Assembly: GCA_964195545.1 (NCBI GenBank)
Contig: CAXMQQ010000006.1
Coordinates: 27,900-91,899 of the forward strand
Source: an uncultured Acidimicrobiia bacterium
Lineage (GTDB): Bacteria; Actinomycetota; Acidimicrobiia; Spongiisociales; UBA5794
Direction: 5' to 3'
DNA: 64,000 nucleotides
Position numbers and translations under genes: made by a program. Below the pieces are notes generated by a model. The model was not told the DNA's origin. It did not search any database and worked only from the letters and a program-made list of their open reading frames with translations. The stretch's first letter is position 1; each line of letters starts with the position of its first letter. Positions 1 to 9,719 of the stretch are shown one piece after another.

Positions 1-3
1 CGG

Positions 4-1848
4 ATGCGGTGGTGGCTACTTGTCACGGTCGCGGTCGTTGCTCTGACGGCATGCACCGATGCCGCCATCCTCGACCCCGACTTGACAACAGAAGGGGAGA
101 CGGCGGGGAACACCGCCCTCTTCTGTCGCGCGTGGCCCGAGGCTCGCCGAACAGTCGTCAACGTGCTCGAGGGCGACGAGCCGCGTTTCAATTGGGACAA
201 CACGGCGCTCTCTCTCGATCAGGCCATGGAGCAGTACGACGGGGCCGTTCCAGTCGAGATCAGGGCGGACTGGGACCGGGTGTACGACACCTATGTGCGC
301 GTCAGCGATCTCGTGTTCACAACGGGGTTCGGCGAAAGCGTCTTGCGGCCGGACCACATCGAGATGGTGTTCGGTGCCGCCGGACCCGAACCTGTCTTCG
401 CTCGGACGATGGACTCGATTGCCGCGATCGACGAGTGGTCGATTGCCGCATGCGGAGACTTCTGTTCCCGGTGGCCCGAGCTGGAAGACGCTGTGATGCT
501 GGACTTCCAGCGCTACACCATCCATGGAGGCCCTGAAGAGGTCGAACGAAGTATCGAGCAGATGGAGGCCGCGATCCGCGCCGGCAACGTGCTCGTTCCT
601 CCTGCGCTCGCTGATGCGTGGGAAACCGCCGCCGCAGTCAAGTCCAGGTTCCTGAACATGTACCGGGACTATGGGGGGGACGTTCTCCATGGCCAAGACG
701 GGGAAGAGGTCTTTCGCGATCACATGGGCATGTATCCCGAGGAGGCGTTTGAGGCGTCGTTGGTGGCAGTTGAAACGATGGCAACGTGGGTCGATGCCAA
801 CTGCGATTCAGCTTCTCTGACCGGCGGAGCGCCCGGGACGTTGTCCGTACGGATTCGGCCGCACGCGGACCTCATGGGGCGAACGATCCTGCTCGTGCTC
901 CTGCCGATCGGTACCGAATTCGGTGCGGTGAGGAATTCGAGCGACTATCTCGGCGCGTGGTGTGCCGAGCAGCCGCAGCCGGTGGAGGAGTTCGAACGCG
1001 AGGTCGCTCGTCAAGAGAGAGAATCCGGACGGGACCCCGAGGAGATCGCCGACGAGTGGATGCAACCTCAGTCGTTGCGACCCGTGGGGCAAGTAACAGG
1101 GGACCATGTCGCTAGCGTTTGTCACATTCTTCGCCATGGGAACGAACTCGTGGTACCGGGCGGTCCGTACGAGTTGTTCGCCGGGACCTTCATCGGCGAG
1201 CCGGGTTCGTACACCCTCCACTTCGGTGCACCGGAACGGTGCGGTCAGATGACGGTCGCCGTGGATGGAGATACGGTCGTCAATCTGCCGGCCCTCGAGG
1301 AGTGCGATCTCGAGCCGATCGGAAGACCCGAGGAGCTCGCTCGGAGGACCGCGGCGCCGTTCGAACCGGGTGGGACGCTGCAGGTCGAACTCCCAAGCGG
1401 GTTCGGTCCAGAAGAGTTCGCCAGCTGCGAATTAAGTGCTGTGCTCCTCCCGGTCGGAACGACCTTGAACGATATCGGTCGCGGTGACGTTTGGCCATCC
1501 GCCGCTGCACGGATGCACCTGCCGACGGTGCGTCACATAGACGACCCGGCCGCCGTGCGTCTTGGCAACGAGAGCGGACTTGTGCCGATTCTCGGCGTTG
1601 GCTCGACCGGATCGCCGGTTCGGCTTCATCTACAAGTGGACGGCAACCGGGCTTGGGATGCGTCCCTCCCCGATCCAGTCCCGCTTGCGGCGGGTTCCTA
1701 TGATCTGAGGCTCGAGGAATGGTGCTTGCGCGATGAACACGTGGATGACCCGGGCCCGGACGATATGCGCACCAGATGTGCGTCGATCACCGTCGAGATT
1801 GATGGCGACACCGTGGTGGCCGCACCCGAGTTCGGGGCCTGCCGATGA
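4..1848 (+). CDS. Secreted lipoprotein of unknown function with internal repeats
   Basis: N-terminal signal peptide with lipobox (MRWWLLVTVAVVALTAC). Two FC(R/S)xWPE helical repeats. Two C-terminal modules each ending C..(M/I)TV(A/E)(V/I)DGDTVV. ATGA overlap with the next gene. Confidence 0.7.
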   Translation: MRWWLLVTVAVVALTACTDAAILDPDLTTEGETAGNTALFCRAWPEARRTVVNVLEGDEPRFNWDNTALSLDQAMEQYDGAVPVEIRADWDRVYDTYVRVSDLVFTTGFGESVLRPDHIEMVFGAAGPEPVFARTMDSIAAIDEWSIAACGDFCSRWPELEDAVMLDFQRYTIHGGPEEVERSIEQMEAAIRAGNVLVPPALADAWETAAAVKSRFLNMYRDYGGDVLHGQDGEEVFRDHMGMYPEEAFEASLVAVETMATWVDANCDSASLTGGAPGTLSVRIRPHADLMGRTILLVLLPIGTEFGAVRNSSDYLGAWCAEQPQPVEEFEREVARQERESGRDPEEIADEWMQPQSLRPVGQVTGDHVASVCHILRHGNELVVPGGPYELFAGTFIGEPGSYTLHFGAPERCGQMTVAVDGDTVVNLPALEECDLEPIGRPEELARRTAAPFEPGGTLQVELPSGFGPEEFASCELSAVLLPVGTTLNDIGRGDVWPSAAARMHLPTVRHIDDPAAVRLGNESGLVPILGVGSTGSPVRLHLQVDGNRAWDASLPDPVPLAAGSYDLRLEEWCLRDEHVDDPGPDDMRTRCASITVEIDGDTVVAAPEFGACR

Positions 1849-2783
1849 GCACCGCGATCGAGACCCGCGGTCTGCGCAAACGATTCCGCCGTGTTGAGGC
1901 GTTGAGAGGAGCCGACATCGAGGTACCCGAGGGGTCGGTATGCGGCTTCTTGGGGCCGAACGGTGCGGGGAAGAGCACCACGATGGAGATCCTCATGGGA
2001 CTCATCCGTCCATCTGGAGGTTGGGCGTCGATCTTCGGGAGCGATCTGGGCAGCGACGGACTCGACGTTCGGTCGCGGATTGGGTATCTGCCTCAGGATG
2101 CTTCATTCTTTCCGCGTGCCCGTGTTCGCGACGTGCTTCGCTTCGTTGCGAGGCGATACCTCACCGGAGCCCGCTCGGCGATCGAGGACAGGGTGGACGA
2201 GACGATCGAAATGGTCGGCCTCGAGACGCTTGCAGACCGGAGAGTGAAGGCGCTCTCCGGCGGTGAGCGGCAGCGGCTCGGCATCGGCCAGGCCGTGATC
2301 GGAGGTCCCGATCTTCTGATCCTCGACGAACCATCGGTGGGTCTCGATCCCGAAGGTCGCCGCCAGGTACTCGATCTGCTCGAGCGGTTCAGAGAAGAAA
2401 TGACGATCTTCTACTCGAGCCACGTTCTCGATGATGTGGAGCGGGTTGCCGATCACATTGTGGTGATCGATCGAGGTGTAATCGTCGAGCAGGGTCCGAT
2501 GGAGCGGTACCTCGGCGGGCGAGTCACCCATCGCATTGCGCTCGACGGCGGAGACGCTCGAGCGGCGATGGAGCGGATCGAACGAGAGTCGTGGGTGAAC
2601 GGCGTCAGGGCGATGCGCACGGGCGAATGGGAGATCGAGAGCACCGACCGACAGGCAGCCGAGAAGAACCTGCTGCGGGTACTCGCCGTCACGGACAGCC
2701 TGCGCGTTGTCTCCCTCCGCCCGATGCAGCGGAGCCTCGAGGATCTTTACGTCGATCTGGTCGGGGGCACCAATGAAGACTGA
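1845..2783 (+). CDS. ABC transporter ATP-binding protein (module 1)
   Basis: Walker A GPNGAGKST, signature LSGGERQRL, Walker B LLILDEP. Confidence 0.93.
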   Translation: MSTAIETRGLRKRFRRVEALRGADIEVPEGSVCGFLGPNGAGKSTTMEILMGLIRPSGGWASIFGSDLGSDGLDVRSRIGYLPQDASFFPRARVRDVLRFVARRYLTGARSAIEDRVDETIEMVGLETLADRRVKALSGGERQRLGIGQAVIGGPDLLILDEPSVGLDPEGRRQVLDLLERFREEMTIFYSSHVLDDVERVADHIVVIDRGVIVEQGPMERYLGGRVTHRIALDGGDARAAMERIERESWVNGVRAMRTGEWEIESTDRQAAEKNLLRVLAVTDSLRVVSLRPMQRSLEDLYVDLVGGTNED

Positions 2784-3615
2784 GGCTGCTGCCCTCGAAC
2801 GTATCGAGCGACGCGATCCGCTTCGCGGGTTCGGTGGACTGCTCGGCGTCGAACTTCGCGTCTGGTTCCCATGGAGGGTGCTCTTCCTAATTGCTGCGGG
2901 TTTGGTTGTCTTTGCCCTCATCTACCTGCCGTGGCGCGGATTCGAGGTGAATCAACTCGGCCCGTTGATGATCGGGTTCCTCGCCTTCTGGATAGCGATC
3001 CTGCTCGTGTCGTCGGTTGCCCTTACCGAGGGGGCCGTGCTGGGCGAGATCGAACGAGGCACTGCGTCCTGGCTCGTAGCGATGCCGATCGCCCGACCGG
3101 CGGTCATTCTCGCGAAGTTCGCCGCAGGAGCCGTGGGCCTCGCGGTCACCGTCTTTGCGACCGGAGGTGCGGTGTACCCGGTACTCGCAGATGCGGCCAA
3201 ACGAGGTATCACCGAATTCAGAGCGGAAGCAGTGTTCGAGTTGGCGAGCCAGCCGATCGGGCAGTGGGGCGCGTACACCCGTCTTCCGAGTTGGGGGATC
3301 TACATCGCGATGTTGCTCTCCCTGTGGACGCTTCTCCTGTTCTTCGCGGCTCTGATGATGCTCCTTGGCTCGGTGGTGCGCTCGCGTACTGCCGTGTTCG
3401 GCCTCGGCCTCGTCGCCGCCGGAGTGATCCTCGCAACGGGCGTCCTGGTCGGTTCGGCCGCGCCGGCGAGTCCCGCCGGTATCGCGAGGGCGGTCATCGA
3501 TATCGCCCAGGGCAAGGAGGCTGCGCTGATCACGCCGGTCATCGGCACGCTGCTCGCGACGGCCGTCGCTCTTGCTCTCGCCGTCTGGGCGTTCAATCGG
3601 AGGGAGCTCACGTGA
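2773..3615 (+). CDS. ABC-2 type permease (module 1)
   Basis: Multi-TM protein with an E(I)ERGTASWL motif typical of ABC-2 permeases. Internal ATG at 2773 overlaps the upstream stop, so I prefer it to the 2707 ORF start. Confidence 0.8.
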   Translation: MKTEAAALERIERRDPLRGFGGLLGVELRVWFPWRVLFLIAAGLVVFALIYLPWRGFEVNQLGPLMIGFLAFWIAILLVSSVALTEGAVLGEIERGTASWLVAMPIARPAVILAKFAAGAVGLAVTVFATGGAVYPVLADAAKRGITEFRAEAVFELASQPIGQWGAYTRLPSWGIYIAMLLSLWTLLLFFAALMMLLGSVVRSRTAVFGLGLVAAGVILATGVLVGSAAPASPAGIARAVIDIAQGKEAALITPVIGTLLATAVALALAVWAFNRRELT

Positions 3616-4562
3616 CCGTTCCCGCCATCGAGATCCGTCAACTGAAGAAGAGGTACCGCAAGGTCGAGGCCCTGCGCGGACTCGACCTCACCGTCGATCA
3701 GGGATCGGTGTGCGGGTTCCTCGGACCGAACGGCGCTGGGAAGACGACGACGATGAAGATCCTGATGGGCCTCATCCAGTCGTCATCGGGGTGGGCAGCG
3801 GTACTCGGGGACGATGTGCGGGATGCCGGCCTGCCGGCCAGGGCCCGCATCGGGTACCTCCCGCAGGATCCCGTCTTCCCGCAGTACCAGACGGTTCGCG
3901 GGGTCGTTGCGTCGGTTGCCCGCCTCTATCCCGGCCATCCTCGCGGCTCCGAGCTGAAGCGAAGGGTTGACGATCTGATCGACCGCGTCGGAATGACCGA
4001 CAAGGCGCGGCGGCGCGTGCGTGGTCTCTCCGGTGGCGAGAGGCAACGACTCGGAGTCGCACAGGCACTGGTCGGCGAGCCGGACCTCGTGATCCTCGAT
4101 GAGCCGTCGGCCGGCCTCGACCCGATGGGTCGACGGGACATGTTGTCGCTCATCGAAGAGATCAGCAGCCAGGCCACGGTCTTCTACTCCACACACATCC
4201 TCGACGATGTTGAACGGATCAGCGACACCGTCGTGATGATCAGCAAGGGCAGGGCAGTGGCGCAGGGATCGCTCGACGACATACTCACGGTGTCTGGATC
4301 CGACTACGCCGTGCGCCTTCGGGGCAAGACCTCCGGTATCCGCGATCGGCTCACTGCGGAGCCGTGGGTCGGTGGCATCGACGTCCGAATGCACGCCGAG
4401 ATCGAGGACTGGCGGATTCGATTGACGGATGAGTCTGCCGCCGATCGACTCGTTCCGCTGCTCGTGTCCGATGAATCATGCGACGTGATCGAGTTCCATC
4501 TCAGTGATCGGCGCCTCGAGGATGCGTATCTCGATCTCGTGGGAGCCGATGATGGTGACTGA
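3612..4562 (+). CDS. ABC transporter ATP-binding protein (module 2, paralog of 1845..2783)
   Basis: GTG at 3612 forms a GTGA overlap with the upstream stop. Walker A GPNGAGKTT, LSGGERQRL, LVILDEP. The N-terminal part of ORF 2871..4562 is Arg-rich shadow sequence. Confidence 0.9.
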   Translation: MTVPAIEIRQLKKRYRKVEALRGLDLTVDQGSVCGFLGPNGAGKTTTMKILMGLIQSSSGWAAVLGDDVRDAGLPARARIGYLPQDPVFPQYQTVRGVVASVARLYPGHPRGSELKRRVDDLIDRVGMTDKARRRVRGLSGGERQRLGVAQALVGEPDLVILDEPSAGLDPMGRRDMLSLIEEISSQATVFYSTHILDDVERISDTVVMISKGRAVAQGSLDDILTVSGSDYAVRLRGKTSGIRDRLTAEPWVGGIDVRMHAEIEDWRIRLTDESAADRLVPLLVSDESCDVIEFHLSDRRLEDAYLDLVGADDGD

Positions 4563-5352
4563 CGTTTCCACGGTACGAATCGGCATTACGGGGTTCTGGG
4601 GGGTATTGCGAGGTGACCTGACACGCTGGCTTGGTCGGCGCGGCCTGTCCCAACTGATCCTGTGGCTGGTGATCATCGAAGGATTCCTCTACTACACCGT
4701 TGCGACCGAGAACGCGCCGTTCGGGAAACTCGGCTACGAGAACTTGCTGAACATGCTGATGTTCTTCCCTATCTTCGCGGGGATCATCCTGGCGGAGGCC
4801 GCGATCGTCGGGGAGTACCACAGCGGGATCGCGGCCTGGCTGGTTTCGAAGCCGGTTCCCCGGGCAGGGTACCTAGTGGCGAAGTTGGGAGGACTGTGGA
4901 TCGGTCTCTCGGTGACCGCGATTCTGATCCCCGGACTGGTCGCGAACTGGTGGTTGCCGAAGGTGGAGCCGTATCGGTTCGTCACGCCCCAGCCTCCTCC
5001 ATTTGGTCGATTCCTTGCCGCTCTCGGCGTCACCATCGTGGTCCTCGGCTTCTTCATTGCTCTCACCGGATTCCTGGCCGTCGTGATTCGACGCCGTGGG
5101 GTCGTGGCGCTGCTCGCCATTGTCGCCTGGTTGCTCCTCCGGATCCCGCTGCCCCAGATCCCGACCTCCTGGCACCGATTCCTGCCTTCCGGGTTGTACG
5201 GGACGGGTCAAGCCACCGGGGGTTGGATTCCCGGCATGGAGTACATCCATGGTCATCCGTTCGATCAGGCAAGCGCCGTGCCGATGACCATGGTCGCGGC
5301 GGCGTTGCTTGTTGCGGGTGCTGTCCTGATCTACCGGCGCCTCGAGCTCTGA
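4549..5352 (+). CDS. ABC-2 type permease (module 2)
   Basis: Six predicted TM helices and an IVGEYHSGIAAWLVSKP motif. ATG at 4549 overlaps the upstream stop region. Confidence 0.8.
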   Translation: MMVTDVSTVRIGITGFWGVLRGDLTRWLGRRGLSQLILWLVIIEGFLYYTVATENAPFGKLGYENLLNMLMFFPIFAGIILAEAAIVGEYHSGIAAWLVSKPVPRAGYLVAKLGGLWIGLSVTAILIPGLVANWWLPKVEPYRFVTPQPPPFGRFLAALGVTIVVLGFFIALTGFLAVVIRRRGVVALLAIVAWLLLRIPLPQIPTSWHRFLPSGLYGTGQATGGWIPGMEYIHGHPFDQASAVPMTMVAAALLVAGAVLIYRRLEL

Positions 5353-6437
5353 GCGGGAACGACTCTGCCGACACGGACGATCACCTGAGGTTCGAGAAGC
5401 GTTTCGAGGTGGTCTCGCGGGTCGTCGGTGAAGAACACGGCGTTGGCTGGCATGCCGGGGGAGAAGCCATGTGCCACACCGAGGTAGTCGAAGGCGGCCG
5501 TGGTGACGGCATGGAGCGCCGCCTTCTTCGAGAGGCCGAGTTCGTGGAGGCGGATCGCTTCGTGAGCGACCATTCCGTGAGGGATGGCGAGGTCGGTTCC
5601 GGTAAGCACGGTGATCCCGAGGCGTTCGGCCTCGGGGAGGAGGTCGCGGACGTTGTCGACGCCCCGAGCGAGCAAGCGACCGCCGGTGCTGTCGGCACCG
5701 AGCATCTCGATGATCGCTTCGGCCCCGAGGATCGTGGGTACCCACGCCCCGTCGCGTTCCGCGAGTCGCGGCAGATCGTCGCCTGCGAGGAAGAGACCGT
5801 GTTCGATGGAGTCGACACCGGCCACGATGGATGGTCCGATCCCTTCAGGGGCCATCGTGTGAACGGCGACCCGCCGACCCGCGCCGTGTGCCACTTCGAC
5901 CGCTTTCGTCAAGGCCGCCTCACCGTAGTTGGCGACCGTCCCGCGACCCTTCCGCGGCCAATCACCGATGATCTTCACCCACTCGGCTCGTCCTCCTGCG
6001 GCCTTGCGCACCGCTTCGACGAGACCTTCTTCGTCGACCTCGTGGCCGTACCCGGGGTAGTAGCCGTCGCGCGGGGCGATGATCCGTCCGGCCATCGTTG
6101 CGATGGGGCGTTCGGTCGGAGGTGCATCGAGGATTTCGAGCGAGACGTCGCTGGACGAGCCCTTATCGGCGATGAGAAGGACGCCTCCCTCGACTTGCAT
6201 CCAGGCGTTGGTGACGCTGTTGGCCCGGATTTCATCCTCGGTGATCGTCGTCATCGAACCGACGTGATTGAGGCCCAGGTGGGCGTGGCAATCGGCAAGA
6301 CCCGGCAATGCATAGAGGTGGCCGGTGTCGATCTCGCGAGCGATCGGGCCGTCGTCGGGATGGGAGAACCGATCGCCATCGACGACCAGCGGAATCGGAT
6401 TGTGACCCGGCTCTCTGACGGTGATCAGGGTGCGCAT
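5331..6437 (-). CDS. Metal-dependent amidohydrolase family protein
   Basis: HxH motif (LADCHAHL), later VAVHT, SIEHG and GTD metal ligands typical of the amidohydrolase superfamily. Confidence 0.85.
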   Translation of the reverse strand: MRTLITVREPGHNPIPLVVDGDRFSHPDDGPIAREIDTGHLYALPGLADCHAHLGLNHVGSMTTITEDEIRANSVTNAWMQVEGGVLLIADKGSSSDVSLEILDAPPTERPIATMAGRIIAPRDGYYPGYGHEVDEEGLVEAVRKAAGGRAEWVKIIGDWPRKGRGTVANYGEAALTKAVEVAHGAGRRVAVHTMAPEGIGPSIVAGVDSIEHGLFLAGDDLPRLAERDGAWVPTILGAEAIIEMLGADSTGGRLLARGVDNVRDLLPEAERLGITVLTGTDLAIPHGMVAHEAIRLHELGLSKKAALHAVTTAAFDYLGVAHGFSPGMPANAVFFTDDPRDHLETLLEPQVIVRVGRVVPAQSSRRR

Positions 6438-6670
6438 GGGCCGCAGCGTATCGGGTCAATCCACGGCGATGCGTTCACCCGCGCGAATCGGGACTTCGAG
6501 CCAGTTGTCGTACGGCGGGAGAGCACACGAGTATGCATCGTTGTATGCACAGAGGGGGGCATACTCGTAGTAGGTGAGACCATCGAAGTCGGCTCTGTCT
6601 GCTTCGGGCTTCGTTTGTGCTTACGACCACGCTCCAGGTGGTCCTAGGCACAAACGATCACCGCCGCTGC

Positions 6671-8029
6671 TCAACCGACCGACCGGGAGTTGATCACCTC
6701 GCCGTACCAGGCGAGGCTGTCCTTCGGGATGCGCTCGCCGGTTGCGTGATCGACCCAGACGAGGCCGAAGCGTTGCGAGTAGCCCAGCGCCCATTCGAAG
6801 TTGTCGAGCAGCGACCACACGAAGTAGCCGGTCACGGGAACCCCAAGTTCGATGGCGTCTGCGACCGCTTTGAGGTGAGCGCGGAGGTACTCGATCCTGC
6901 GCTCGTCGTGGATCTCGCCGTCCGGTCCCGGACCGTCCGAGTAGGAGGCCCCGTTCTCGGTGACGCGGATGTCCGTCGCGTCGTAGGCATCGTGGATGCG
7001 TTTCAGGAACGCGGTGAGTGCCGATGGATCGATCGGCCATCCCATCTCGGTGTAGCCGTCGGGAGGGTTCGGACCGGGAGCAACGCCCGTGTCTTCGGTC
7101 TCGTCGGCACCGGCAGTTACCTCGACGGCCGTGTAGTAGTTGATGCCGATGAAGTCGATAGGGACCGCGATCTCGTCGAGGTCTCCCGGAAGCACAAACG
7201 GAGGCTGCTTGGTATCGAACCTGCCGCGTTCCCGATACGTCTCCACCATGTCCGCTGGATAGCCCTTCCCGAAGATCGGGTCAAAGAACCATCGATTTCG
7301 GAAGCCGTCGAAGTGTTGCTGGGCCGCGATGTCTGCCGGTTCATCGGTCGCAGGTGTTGACGGGCGACAGTCAACGACGATGCCAACCTCCCCGTCGGGG
7401 ACGTTCGCCCGGATGACGGGGACGGCCCGGCCGTGAGAGAGCAGGATGTGATGGGCCGCAGCGAGTGCCTCCGCGAAATCCGTGTGGCCTGGAGCGAAGA
7501 CGCCGTCTCGGTGGCCGAGGAACGACGCCACCCATGGTTCGTTGTGTGTCTTCCAATGCTTCACCCGATCGCCGAGGGCGTCGCTCAACACGTCCGCGTA
7601 CCGGACGAAGGCATCAACCGTGTTCCGGTTCGCCCAGCCGCCCTGGTCCTGGAGACCTTGGGGAAGATCCCAGTGGTAGAGGGTCACGTACGGCTCGATC
7701 CCGTGCTCGAGGAGTTCGTCGACGAGACGGTCGTAGAACGCTATGCCCCGGGTTTCAACGGGGCCGACGCCGTCGGGGATGATCCGCGCCCACGCGGTCG
7801 TCAGACTGTATGCCGGAATCCCGGCGCTGGCCATCAACGCCACGTCTTCGGGGTACCGGTGATAGTGATCGCAGGCCACATCGCCGGTGTCGTTGTTGAG
7901 GACTCGGCCCGGATTGTGAACGAAACGGTCCCAGATGGATTCGCCCTTGCCGTCCTCATTCCATGCGCCTTCGATCTGATACGCGGAGGCGGCAACACCG
8001 AACACGAAGTCGTCTGGGAAGGGGCTCAC
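6671..8029 (-). CDS. GH1 beta-glucosidase
   Basis: GH1 motifs AYQIEGA, LYHWDLP, THNEPW and VTENGA. GTG at 8029 forms a GTGA overlap with the upstream stop. The longer ORF up to 8485 is an Arg-rich extension. Confidence 0.92.
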   Translation of the reverse strand: MSPFPDDFVFGVAASAYQIEGAWNEDGKGESIWDRFVHNPGRVLNNDTGDVACDHYHRYPEDVALMASAGIPAYSLTTAWARIIPDGVGPVETRGIAFYDRLVDELLEHGIEPYVTLYHWDLPQGLQDQGGWANRNTVDAFVRYADVLSDALGDRVKHWKTHNEPWVASFLGHRDGVFAPGHTDFAEALAAAHHILLSHGRAVPVIRANVPDGEVGIVVDCRPSTPATDEPADIAAQQHFDGFRNRWFFDPIFGKGYPADMVETYRERGRFDTKQPPFVLPGDLDEIAVPIDFIGINYYTAVEVTAGADETEDTGVAPGPNPPDGYTEMGWPIDPSALTAFLKRIHDAYDATDIRVTENGASYSDGPGPDGEIHDERRIEYLRAHLKAVADAIELGVPVTGYFVWSLLDNFEWALGYSQRFGLVWVDHATGERIPKDSLAWYGEVINSRSVG

Positions 8030-9261
8030 GACAGACTTCCGGATCCCAATTGCTCGAGAGCGGTGAGGACGCGGTCGACCTCTTCGATGGTGTTGTAGTG
8101 GGCGAAGCCGATCCGGACGAGACCGCCCTGATCTGCTACGCCGAGTCGACGCATCACCTCGACCGCGTAGTAGTCGCCAGACCAGACGAAGATGCCCTGG
8201 TCTCCGAGTACCTCCGCGACGGTGTCCGGGCGCATTCCGTCTACGGATACGGCGAACGTCGGCGTGCGACCGCTGGTGGCGTTTCGCCCATACAGGGTGA
8301 CTCCGGGGATCTCTGAGATTCCAAGGAGGAACCGCTCCGACAGGGTCCGCTCGTATGACGCGACTCGCTCCATCGCTGACCGTAGCTGATCCCTTCTTGT
8401 CTCGCCCGTTCCTAGCGAAGCCAGGTAGTCGACGGCCGCCGCAACGCCGGCGAGGCTCTCGAAACTCTGTGTCCCCGTCTCCCACTTGTCGGGTGGCGTA
8501 TCGGGCGCCGGACGGATCTTGTAGGCCTCGATGGTGTCGAGAACTTCGCGGCGTCCGTAGAGGCAGCCGGTGTGCGGACCGAAGAACTTGTACGCAGAAG
8601 CAACGAGGAAGTCAGTCCCGAGTGCTGCCACGTCGACCAGGCCGTGGGGGGAGTAGTGAACGGCGTCGATGAAGGTGAGCGCTCCCACGGCATGTGCTGC
8701 GTCGATTACCGGCTTGGGGTCGGTGATCGTGCCGACCGCGTTCGAAGCGTGAGTCATTGCGACGAGTCGGGTCCGGTCGTCGATGAGATCAACAAGGCTC
8801 TCGACCATCAGGCGGCAGCCGTCGATCGGGTCGAAGTCGAGCCACCTCACCTCCGTCCCAGCGTCCCTGGCTGCGATGACCCAGGGCCAGACATTCGCGT
8901 CGTGATCAAGCCGGGTAACGATGACGTTGTCGCCGGGTGTCCACGTAGCGCCGAGGGCACGGCTCACCGACAGGGTGAGCGACGTCATGTTCTGACCGAA
9001 CGCGATCTCATCAGCGGAAGCACCGAACAGATCTGCGATAGCGCTTCGTGCCGATTCGGTAGCCGCGGCGGACTGGCGTGACGAAGCAAATGGTCCGCCG
9101 TGGTTACTTCCACCGGCCCGCATGAATCCGGCCATGGCATCGATGACCGACTCCGGTGCCTGGGTACCACCTGGCCCGTCGAGGTATGCGGCAGTCCGTC
9201 CACCAACGACTCGTCGAAACGCTGGGAACTGGTCGCGCACAGCGGGGACATCAACGGTCAT
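8026..9261 (-). CDS. Class V aminotransferase / cysteine desulfurase-like protein
   Basis: Class V fold with an SAYKFFGPH Lys region and a THASNAVG motif. ATG at 9261 is preceded by GGAGGG. Confidence 0.85.
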   Translation of the reverse strand: MTVDVPAVRDQFPAFRRVVGGRTAAYLDGPGGTQAPESVIDAMAGFMRAGGSNHGGPFASSRQSAAATESARSAIADLFGASADEIAFGQNMTSLTLSVSRALGATWTPGDNVIVTRLDHDANVWPWVIAARDAGTEVRWLDFDPIDGCRLMVESLVDLIDDRTRLVAMTHASNAVGTITDPKPVIDAAHAVGALTFIDAVHYSPHGLVDVAALGTDFLVASAYKFFGPHTGCLYGRREVLDTIEAYKIRPAPDTPPDKWETGTQSFESLAGVAAAVDYLASLGTGETRRDQLRSAMERVASYERTLSERFLLGISEIPGVTLYGRNATSGRTPTFAVSVDGMRPDTVAEVLGDQGIFVWSGDYYAVEVMRRLGVADQGGLVRIGFAHYNTIEEVDRVLTALEQLGSGSLS

Positions 9262-9319
9262 AGCACCCTCCACTTGGTGAAGTGACGCTACTCAGGCATG
9301 CCGCCGTTCCGCTAATCGG

Positions 9320-9718
9320 CTACGAGTCGAAGGGATCCCGTCGACGAACATCCGGCAGATTCCTGCGTGTGATGACACCCATCTTGATGACGGTTCGTCT
9401 CTCGGGGTCACCGGTGAACCGAGCGTCGGAGTCATCCAGGAGGCGTCGTAGTCGGTCGACCTGGCTGCGGAGACGACCGTTTTCGTTCTCGAGGCTCATG
9501 ACCCGACGCACTCCTTCGAGGTTCACGCCTGCGTTCGTCAATTCCTGGATCATGAGGAGTCGTTCGATGTCTGCCTGCGAGTAGCGCCGGGTCCCACCCG
9601 GCGTACGGTAGGGAGCGATGAGCCCGCGGCGCTCATAGATGCGCAGCGTCTGCGGGTGCATGCCTGAGAGTTCCGCGGCAACCGAGATGATATAGACGGC
9701 GTCCTCTTGCTTGCCCAT
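9320..9718 (-). CDS. hspR: MerR-family heat-shock repressor HspR
   Basis: MerR HTH (YIISVAAELSGMHPQTLRIYERRGL). Last gene after dnaK-grpE-dnaJ. Internal ATG at 9718 lies right after the dnaJ stop. Confidence 0.85.
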   Translation of the reverse strand: MGKQEDAVYIISVAAELSGMHPQTLRIYERRGLIAPYRTPGGTRRYSQADIERLLMIQELTNAGVNLEGVRRVMSLENENGRLRSQVDRLRRLLDDSDARFTGDPERRTVIKMGVITRRNLPDVRRRDPFDS

Positions 9719-9719
9719 G

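Noticed and set aside
6455-6619. A 54-codon open frame on the minus strand (…FDGLTYYEYAPLCAYNDAYSCALPPYDNWLEVPIRAGERIAVD-stop) in the 234-bp spacer between the GH1 and amidohydrolase genes.
   Set aside because: It contains no ATG, GTG or TTG start until the last two codons. All three upstream frames are closed by stops, so it cannot be a complete gene. It may be a gene remnant, but I cannot assign it to a family. A tblastn or HMM search could revisit this.
4662-6647. A 661-aa ORF on the plus strand spanning the amidohydrolase locus. Similar long antisense ORFs are 16716..17759 (347 aa), 43121..43981 (286 aa) and 55036..55932 (298 aa).
   Set aside because: These are Arg/Gly/Pro/Ser-rich translations with no motifs. 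Each is exactly antisense or out of frame to a gene with clear family signatures. Such shadow ORFs are typical of GC-rich DNA.
8030-8485. N-terminal extensions in the longest ORFs of the track (6671..8485, 2871..4562, 14347..15294, 15018..16022, 56432..57178, 58388..59341, 22948..23886, 24614..25900).
   Set aside because: The extensions are low-complexity Arg-rich sequence overlapping the upstream gene. In each case an internal ATG or GTG gives a GTGA/ATGA junction, or a good Shine-Dalgarno sequence, and a protein that starts where family homology starts.
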